A stretch of 28,231 nt of DNA from an uncultured Polyangiaceae bacterium (lineage in GTDB: Bacteria > Myxococcota_A > Polyangia > Polyangiales > Polyangiaceae), in the NCBI GenBank assembly GCA_964236615.1, contig CAXSGV010000007.1:7279-35509 (forward strand), written 5' to 3'. The notes beneath the pieces are model-generated. The model ran no database searches and was not told the DNA's origin. It saw only the letters and a list, made by a program, of their open reading frames with translations. Shown piece after piece: positions 22,441 through 28,231 of the stretch (position 1 is its first letter; every line of letters starts with the position of its first letter). Made by a program: the position numbers and the translations under genes.

Positions 22441-23889
22441 ATGTCGACCATGGAACGTGGATCTTCTAACCCCCAGCGTGAGCGGTTGGGATCACCTCGA
22501 ATTGCCTTTTGGGCGCCGACTCAGATCTCCGCACATTTGGAAATCGGCGCATTCGGAGAGATCCCCGCCGCCGCTCCTTTTGAGTCCGAACGCGTCGACG
22601 TTGGCGTGGCGCCTGCAATGAGCAAAGACATGCTCCCGCACAAGCGCCTGGATGGAAGCGACGAACACGAAGCGATGACGACCATCGCGAAGAGCCCCTC
22701 CATCGCTCCGCCGGCGCAGGCCGCTGCTTCGCAAAAGTCGTCGCGCCAGGTTCAAGCCTCACTCGAGGTGTCGCGTAACTCGGTTCGGCCGGTCATGTTC
22801 GAGACGGAGAACGAGCCCGAGGACGTCACGCGCCTGATGCCTTCGCCACACGCGGCGGCATTCCCCGCACCCGCGTTCCCTGCACCGGCGCGCGTTCCGA
22901 ACGACATCATCCCGACGATGCGCCCCCTCAAGAACCGCGTTCACTTGCCGAACGGCCAGAATGCCGGTCCACGCAGCGAGCGCCCGCCGATGCGCGTGAC
23001 CGCACCGCCCGCACCCCCGTCGCGTCCGCCGCCGTCGATGCGCCCGCAGACGCCGCCGTCGATGCGCCCGCCGCCGTCGATGCGCCCGCTCGTGGGTCTG
23101 CAGTCGCTCGGCGCGCAGAGCTCGACGCGCGCGCTTCGCCCGCACTCGGTTCCGCCGCCGCCCCCCTCGTCGGGGTCGCCGATGTCGAGCCCGGAGGACA
23201 CGTTCCGCCCCGTTGCCGTCGCCAACGCGATGAGCACCCTCCAGATCCACCAGCGCATCTCCGACTCCCGCTTCGATGCGCCCCCGATCGCGCACAACAC
23301 GACGACCCAGATCGTGCTCAAGGGTCGCCCCACCACGTCATGGGCCATGGCGCTCGTCGCGATGGGCGTCTTCGGCGGCATCCTCACCGCCGTCGTCACC
23401 GGTGGTGGCGGCTCGTCGATTGTCCAAGCCGGCGCCGCCTTCGTTGATCCCTCGCGCGCTGCATCGGCGCAGGAGATGCCGCCGAAGATGGCCGCCGCAG
23501 CAGCTCCGGTCCGCGTCGAAGAGAAGCTTCCCGCGCCCGTCACCGCGCCCTACTACCCGCCGGCCGTCGTCGAGACCGCGGTCGTGACCGCGAAGCTCGA
23601 GACCAAGGTCGAGGCTCCGAAGGCCGAGCCCGTCGCCGTAAAAGCGCCCACCACGCAGGTCGTCCGCGCGTGGCAACCCGCTCGCGCCGCCGCCGCCCCG
23701 CAGGCCATCGTTGCTGCGGCCCCCGTGTCGAAGCCGGTTCCCGTCGCGGTCGAGGCGAAGGTCCAGCCCGAGAAGACGGCGGCGAAGCCCGCCAAGCCCG
23801 CCAAGGCCCAAGCAGCGGCCGCCGACCTCGAGAGCGCAAACCAAGCCGACGAGCTGGCCCGTCAGCAGCTCGAGCAGTCGCTGAAGTAA
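22441..23889 (+). CDS. Pro-rich single-pass membrane protein, paralog B, about 482 aa
   Basis: GAGGG lies 7 nt before ATG 22441 (alternative ATG 22423). Same layout as paralog A: TM helix WAMALVAMGVFGGILTAVV and C-terminal DLESANQADELARQQLEQSLK. Confidence 0.8.
   Translation: MSTMERGSSNPQRERLGSPRIAFWAPTQISAHLEIGAFGEIPAAAPFESERVDVGVAPAMSKDMLPHKRLDGSDEHEAMTTIAKSPSIAPPAQAAASQKSSRQVQASLEVSRNSVRPVMFETENEPEDVTRLMPSPHAAAFPAPAFPAPARVPNDIIPTMRPLKNRVHLPNGQNAGPRSERPPMRVTAPPAPPSRPPPSMRPQTPPSMRPPPSMRPLVGLQSLGAQSSTRALRPHSVPPPPPSSGSPMSSPEDTFRPVAVANAMSTLQIHQRISDSRFDAPPIAHNTTTQIVLKGRPTTSWAMALVAMGVFGGILTAVVTGGGGSSIVQAGAAFVDPSRAASAQEMPPKMAAAAAPVRVEEKLPAPVTAPYYPPAVVETAVVTAKLETKVEAPKAEPVAVKAPTTQVVRAWQPARAAAAPQAIVAAAPVSKPVPVAVEAKVQPEKTAAKPAKPAKAQAAAADLESANQADELARQQLEQSLK
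23029..23088 (+). repeat. Exact 18-bp coding repeat x3 (PPSMRP)
   Basis: CCGCCGTCGATGCGCCCG at 23029-23046, 23053-23070 and 23071-23088. Confidence 0.92.
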
Positions 23890-23908
23890 CCGCGCTGAAG
23901 TAACCGTG
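23881..23908. repeat. Tandem duplication, 14 bp x2, spanning the paralog B stop codon
   Basis: CTGAAGTAACCGCG followed directly by CTGAAGTAACCGTG: 13 of 14 identical. Confidence 0.85.
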
Positions 23909-23920
23909 CTCCCGTCTTGA

Positions 23921-25063
23921 TTAGGGCCGAGAGCAGGTCGGCCGTTCACCGTCGAAGGTGCGGACCGTGATACACCGCGCGAGCTTCGCGTCGGCCGCGC
24001 AGTCGATGGTGACTTGCACGCCGCGCACGCAGGCGACGAGCTTCTCCCCAGAGCACTCGTCGCGCCCGCAGCCACTCCCCCCGTCGCTCCCGGAGATTCC
24101 GCAGGCGCGCGAGACATCCCAAGCACGCCCGCCCGTGCTTGCGCTGCACGTGGATCGCGGCAGCGAGGTAACGTTTTTGATCCCCGTGAGCGCGGCGCAG
24201 TCGACGCGCTCCTCGAAGCCGCTCGGGCAGCCGACGGCGACGTTGCCTTCGCACTTCACGTTCGCGGTGGGGCTGCAGACCTTGTCGCTCGCGGGCTTGC
24301 ACGAGGCAGTCGTTGCATTCTGCACGCACGTGCCGCCGCCATAGGCCGCGCAGTCGAAGCCCTCGTCGAGCGTGCCCTTACCGCCGTCGGGTAGCGTGAT
24401 CGCGCCCGGGCCGAGACACGCGCGGAGCTGCGTTCCCGCGCAGCGCGCGCCAGTGCAGCCGAGCCCCGCGCCGCCGGTGCAGTAGGCCTCCGAGGGACCG
24501 TTTGCCGTGCAGGTACGGCCCGTGGCCGCGCAAGTCTCCGACGGTGGTTCTCGACCTGCGCTTTCGCAGTCGCCCCGCGCGGCAACGGCACCTGGGCACG
24601 AAGTGAACGCGCCGGTCGCCGGGCACGTCGAGACGCCTTCCGGATAGATGCACGTGTGAACCGCCGCGCACGCCTTGTCGGTGTCGGGTAGCGCCGTCGC
24701 CTGCGCGAGGCACGACCAATAGGCGACCGCGGCGCCCGCGTTCGGGCGAAGCGGGCTGACGCTGCAGTCGTAGGCGACGATCGCGTTGGGCAAGCAGCGC
24801 CCGATGGCGTTGTCGCCGATGGGCGATTCGCATGCCGATAACAACGCGCAGCTTCGTTTGGCGAGCGTGAGCGCCTCGGCGGGTGACGGCGCGCAGATCT
24901 CGTAGGGCGCGGCGTCGAGCCCCGACTCGCTCGGTCCGGCGTCGATGGCTACCGCGGCGCCTTCGAAATCGGTGCTGTGAAAGAGATCGACGCAGCCCGC
25001 GAGCGAACCCGCGGCGCACGCGGCGGCGACCCCGAGCGCAGCGACTACGTGGCGCCCGCGCAC
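23921..25063 (-). CDS. Cys-rich lipoprotein, 380 aa
   Basis: Start reassigned to GTG 25063, 2 nt after the upstream stop and with GGGGAG upstream. Signal MRGRHVVAALGVAAACAAGSLAGC with an LAGC lipobox. I count 32 Cys after the lipobox Cys. Confidence 0.8.
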   Translation of the reverse strand: MRGRHVVAALGVAAACAAGSLAGCVDLFHSTDFEGAAVAIDAGPSESGLDAAPYEICAPSPAEALTLAKRSCALLSACESPIGDNAIGRCLPNAIVAYDCSVSPLRPNAGAAVAYWSCLAQATALPDTDKACAAVHTCIYPEGVSTCPATGAFTSCPGAVAARGDCESAGREPPSETCAATGRTCTANGPSEAYCTGGAGLGCTGARCAGTQLRACLGPGAITLPDGGKGTLDEGFDCAAYGGGTCVQNATTASCKPASDKVCSPTANVKCEGNVAVGCPSGFEERVDCAALTGIKNVTSLPRSTCSASTGGRAWDVSRACGISGSDGGSGCGRDECSGEKLVACVRGVQVTIDCAADAKLARCITVRTFDGERPTCSRP

Positions 25064-25065
25064 GC

Positions 25066-26055
25066 TCAGAAGCTCCCCTCGAGGTGCAACGAGCCGGCGC
25101 CGATACGAACGCGCGCCGGTGACGCGGCGCGATCGTCGTGCGACGGCTTCGACCACAAGATGATCGCGTAGCCGGCCGCCGCGGCCGCGCCGATCCACGC
25201 GCCGAGGGCGACCGTGTCCCAGACGCGCACCGTCGACTTTGCCCCGTCGCACGCATTGGTGCGCGCGCACTCCGCCCGGGCGTCGCTTTGCGCGCCATCA
25301 GCAAGAAGAAAAGCGCCGAGCCCACCGACCGCGAGCACGATCGCCCCGCCCGTCACGAGGACGGCGTCGGTGCGGCTCCGTGTCTTTCGCGTCTCATCGG
25401 GCGGCATCACGGCAGTGCCTGCGCCACCGGTCGCTGCGGGCGCGACGGGTGCGGCGACGACGGTCGGCGGCATCTTGATCTCGAGCGACGTGACCTCGTG
25501 CTCCTTCAAGGTCATCGTCGTCGCGAAGGGCGTGCGGCCGGGCGCGGTCGCCTCGACGCGGTGTGGCCCCGGCTCGAGGGCGACCGCGTGACCAGCCTCC
25601 TCCTGCGGAAGCTTCTTCCCATCGAGCGTGATCTCGCCGTCGGTCACGTCGGCGGGCAGGGTGAGCTTCAAATGCGGAACGCGAGCGCGTATCGCGAGGA
25701 GCGGCTCGGCGATGACGGTGAGGACCTGCTTTCCCTTGTCGGTCTTGTCGGCCTTCGCGAGATCCTCGGCCGCCTCGTAGTCGTGGAGCGCGTCGACCAG
25801 CTGGCCGAGGTTCTCTTCGCACACGGCGATGTGAAAACGCAGGCCCGCGGTCGACTTGATGGCGTAGGCACGCCGCAGCTTTTCGAGCGCGGCCGACCAG
25901 TCCTTGGCCTCTTCGTCCTTCTCGGCTTTTCCGAAGAGGTCCTTCGCCATCTGCAGATCGGCCTGCGTGGGGTCGGCGTGCGCGACCCGCGGCGACGAGG
26001 CCCACACGCCGAGCCCGAGACCGCACGCGATCAGGGTCGCGCGCAGCGTGGTCAC
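25066..26055 (-). CDS. Signal peptide + TPR-like + PEGA-domain protein with C-terminal membrane segments, 329 aa
   Basis: Start reassigned to GTG 26055 (GTGA overlap). Signal ending VAHA. TPR-like helices ([39 protein letters not shown]). PEGA-like [20 protein letters not shown]. Two hydrophobic helices and a terminal strand LHLEGSF. Confidence 0.82.
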   Translation of the reverse strand: MTTLRATLIACGLGLGVWASSPRVAHADPTQADLQMAKDLFGKAEKDEEAKDWSAALEKLRRAYAIKSTAGLRFHIAVCEENLGQLVDALHDYEAAEDLAKADKTDKGKQVLTVIAEPLLAIRARVPHLKLTLPADVTDGEITLDGKKLPQEEAGHAVALEPGPHRVEATAPGRTPFATTMTLKEHEVTSLEIKMPPTVVAAPVAPAATGGAGTAVMPPDETRKTRSRTDAVLVTGGAIVLAVGGLGAFLLADGAQSDARAECARTNACDGAKSTVRVWDTVALGAWIGAAAAAGYAIILWSKPSHDDRAASPARVRIGAGSLHLEGSF

Positions 26056-26690
26056 GGCTTCTCGGCGGGACAGGTGAGCACGGGCCAAGGCGAGAACAGG
26101 TAGCTCACGGCCGCGCGACGGTCGCCGAGCGAGAGGTTTCCGCTGGCGTCGATGCTCGCATCGCGAGGCCCCGCATCGGGCCGACCGGCATCGGTGCGGC
26201 CCGCGTCCGTCGGCCCGCCACCACCGCCACCACCACCGAGGCCACCGAGGCCGCTGAGGACATCGATGCACGTCGGGCCACACGTCTGCGTGAGGCAGGT
26301 GACGACCTGGATCGCATCGGCCGCGCCGGCCGGTGCACTCTGCACGCAAGTCAGGAGGCAAATCGGGTTGAGGCCGCCGCCGGCGAGGCACGTCTGGGTG
26401 ACGCAGGTCAGAATCGTCTGGCAGTCGGGCTTCGTGACGCACGCGAGGATGGCGCCGCCGCACTTGTTCGCGATGCAGAGCCCGCAGTCGACGAGGCCTG
26501 TGCCGGCCTCGGGTCCAGTGTCCTTCGAGGGGGGCGTCGCGTCGACGAGGGGCGCGCCGTCGGGCATGTCGGCATCCGCGCCCGAGTCCTCGTCTGCGGC
26601 GCCTTGCCCGTCGAGCGGGCCGCGGCTTCCACAGCCTGCAGCGAGCATAGTGGCGAAGAGCGCAATGCCGCCGATGCGCGCCAGACTCAC
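26052..26690 (-). CDS. Cys-rich lipoprotein with a 12-Cys helical domain, about 212 aa (start uncertain: 26690, 26699, 26708 or 26774)
   Basis: From GTG 26690 the signal is [23 protein letters not shown]-type acidic linkers flank the domain [42 protein letters not shown], followed by a poly-Gly stretch. The stop overlaps the next gene's GTG. Confidence 0.78.
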   Translation of the reverse strand: MSLARIGGIALFATMLAAGCGSRGPLDGQGAADEDSGADADMPDGAPLVDATPPSKDTGPEAGTGLVDCGLCIANKCGGAILACVTKPDCQTILTCVTQTCLAGGGLNPICLLTCVQSAPAGAADAIQVVTCLTQTCGPTCIDVLSGLGGLGGGGGGGGPTDAGRTDAGRPDAGPRDASIDASGNLSLGDRRAAVSYLFSPWPVLTCPAEKP

Positions 26691-26712
26691 GGCGCTCACG
26701 GCGCTCACGGCG
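26686..26712. repeat. 9-bp tandem repeat x3 at the lipoprotein start
   Basis: CTCACGGCG x3 exact. On the minus strand each unit is CGCCGTGAG and contains an in-frame GTG. Confidence 0.9.
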
Positions 26713-26810
26713 CTCGTGGTGCTGACGGCGCGATCACGAAGTCGGCGAGGCTCGCGGGAGGTGGATTGGGGCATGGGGAAGGCGGCGAAACGTACTACGG
26801 TTCTCGCCGA

Positions 26811-27680
26811 ATGACAGCGCCGCTTCTCCGGACGATTGTGCTCCCCGAAGAGCTTCGAACAGCATGCGAAGAGGCCCGCGCCCGAGGTCAGTCGGTCGGC
26901 TTCGTACCGACGATGGGGGCGCTCCACGACGGTCACCTCGCGCTCGTCCGGCTCGCGAAGACGCGCGCGTCGTTCGTCGTCGCGTCGGTGTTCGTCAACC
27001 CGACACAGTTCGGACCCAACGAGGACTTCGCACGCTACCCGCGCGATCTCGCTGGCGACTCCGCGAAGCTCGCGAGCGCCGGCGCCGACGCCGTGTTCGC
27101 GCCCGACGCGCGCGCGATGTACCTCGAGGGGGAGGCCACGCGCGTGCACGTCGTCGGGCTCACGGGACCGCTGTGCGGCGCATTTCGTCCCGGTCACTTC
27201 GAAGGCGTGACGACCATCGTGGCAAAGCTCTTCGTGCTCGTCGGCCGATCGATAGCGGTCTTCGGTCGCAAGGACTACCAGCAGCTCAAGGTCCTCGAGC
27301 GCATGGCGAAGGATCTCCTTCTTCCCGTCGAGGTCGTCGGGCACCCGATCGTGCGCGATGCCGACGGGCTGGCGATGAGTTCGCGCAACGCGTACCTGTC
27401 ACCCGCCGAGCGCACGCGCGCGCTCTCACTCTCGCGTGGGCTCGCGGCGGCTTCGCGTGCGTTCGATGCGGGGGAGCGTGATGCGGCCACGCTGCGCACT
27501 CTCGTGCACGCCGAGGTCGTGAAAGCCGCCGACTCGATCGACTACGTCGACGTGCTCGATCCCGAGCGCCTCGTGCCCTTCGACGGCCCGATTGGCGACC
27601 GCGCGCTCGCGGCGATCGCGTGCCGCGTGGGTGCAACGCGGCTCATCGACAACCGCATGCTCGGCGAGCGCGAAGGGTGA
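26811..27680 (+). CDS. panC: Pantoate--beta-alanine ligase (pantothenate synthetase), 289 aa
   Basis: Start reassigned to ATG 26811. Motifs [51 protein letters not shown]. Confidence 0.97.
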   Translation: MTAPLLRTIVLPEELRTACEEARARGQSVGFVPTMGALHDGHLALVRLAKTRASFVVASVFVNPTQFGPNEDFARYPRDLAGDSAKLASAGADAVFAPDARAMYLEGEATRVHVVGLTGPLCGAFRPGHFEGVTTIVAKLFVLVGRSIAVFGRKDYQQLKVLERMAKDLLLPVEVVGHPIVRDADGLAMSSRNAYLSPAERTRALSLSRGLAAASRAFDAGERDAATLRTLVHAEVVKAADSIDYVDVLDPERLVPFDGPIGDRALAAIACRVGATRLIDNRMLGEREG

Positions 27681-27694
27681 TAGAACCCTCGGCC

Positions 27695-28231
27695 ATGCAG
27701 GGTCGTTTCGTCGTGCTCGAGGGGATAGACGGAGCAGGGACCACCACGCAGTCGGCGCGCCTCGTGTCGCGGCTTCGCAAAGCGGGCACACCCGCCAAAG
27801 GGACGCGCGAGCCGAGCGATGGGCCGATCGGTACGCTCGTTCGCCAGGTCCTCAGCGGTCGCATCGTCGTGCCGGGCGGCCGCGCGCCGGGCTGGGCCAC
27901 GATGGCGCTCCTCTTCGCAGCCGATCGCATGGATCACGTCGAGACCGAGATCGATCCCGCCATCGCGAGCGGTGGCGTCATCGTCTCTGATCGCTATGAC
28001 GCCTCGAGCCTCGCCTACCAGAGCGTGACGAGCGGCAGCAGCGGCAAGGGCGCCGTCGAGTGGATTCGCACCTTGAACCGCAACGCACGCCGCCCCGATC
28101 TCACGATCGTCCTCGACGTGCCGCCTGACGTCGCCGCCAACCGACGCGAGTCGCGCGGCGAGGCGGCGCAGCTCTACGAGCAGAACGAGGTGCAGCGCGC
28201 GTTGGCTGCATTCTACAAGAATCTCGCGCAG
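27695..28231 (+). CDS. tmk: Thymidylate kinase (dTMP kinase), 3' end runs off the window
   Basis: Not in the track. My translation: MQGRFVVLEGIDGAGTTTQ..TREPSDGPIG..ALLFAADR..VIVSDRYDASSLAYQ..PDLTIVLDVPP. All Tmk motifs are present except the P-loop Lys. Confidence 0.93.
   Translation, partial: MQGRFVVLEGIDGAGTTTQSARLVSRLRKAGTPAKGTREPSDGPIGTLVRQVLSGRIVVPGGRAPGWATMALLFAADRMDHVETEIDPAIASGGVIVSDRYDASSLAYQSVTSGSSGKGAVEWIRTLNRNARRPDLTIVLDVPPDVAANRRESRGEAAQLYEQNEVQRALAAFYKNLAQ

Noticed and set aside
26691-27344. Long N-terminal extensions of track ORFs 26052..27344(-) and 26604..27680(+), implying a large antisense overlap
   Set aside because: Artefacts of longest-ORF calling. The motif-bearing proteins start at or before 26774 (-) and at 26811 (+), so the genes are simply divergent.
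27674-27689. AGGGT-GATAGA-ACCCT hairpin between panC and tmk as a terminator
   Set aside because: A weak 5-bp stem with no U-tract. The 14-nt gap suggests panC and tmk are co-transcribed.

Overview
A GC-rich window (about 70% by eye) that is almost fully coding. Its protein types (Ser/Thr kinase, TPR-PEGA protein, Cys-rich lipoproteins, Pro-rich membrane proteins) suggest a myxobacterium of the Polyangiaceae/Labilithrix type; this is an inference. Left to right: (1) a partial secreted metallophosphoesterase (-), divergent from a YitJ-type homocysteine methyltransferase/MTHFR fusion that is coupled to an unknown lipoprotein. (2) A sigma70-like promoter in front of a tRNA-CAT (probably Ile2), a C4 zinc-ribbon coiled-coil gene and a membrane-anchored Ser/Thr kinase. 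(3) A 14.1 kb, 8-gene, tightly coupled minus-strand operon: Q/G-repeat coiled-coil membrane protein, MoxR AAA+ ATPase, exported GATase-like protein, ABC ATPase, large ABC-2 permease, DUF58, BatA-vWA, and a double-vWA/GATase-like protein. (4) A ~350 bp divergent intergenic region with a ~207 nt self-complementary element (candidate 6S-like or new ncRNA) that overlaps a sigma54-like promoter. (5) Two tandem paralogous Pro-rich single-pass membrane proteins. (6) A minus-strand cassette of Cys-rich lipoprotein, TPR-PEGA protein and Cys-rich lipoprotein. (7) panC and a partial tmk whose P-loop lacks the canonical lysine. I saw no transposase, integrase, phage gene or CRISPR array. The best candidates for an undescribed system are the MoxR-vWA-ABC envelope operon, the structured intergenic element, and the paralog pair next to it. 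All family calls come from motif recognition by eye, not from database searches.
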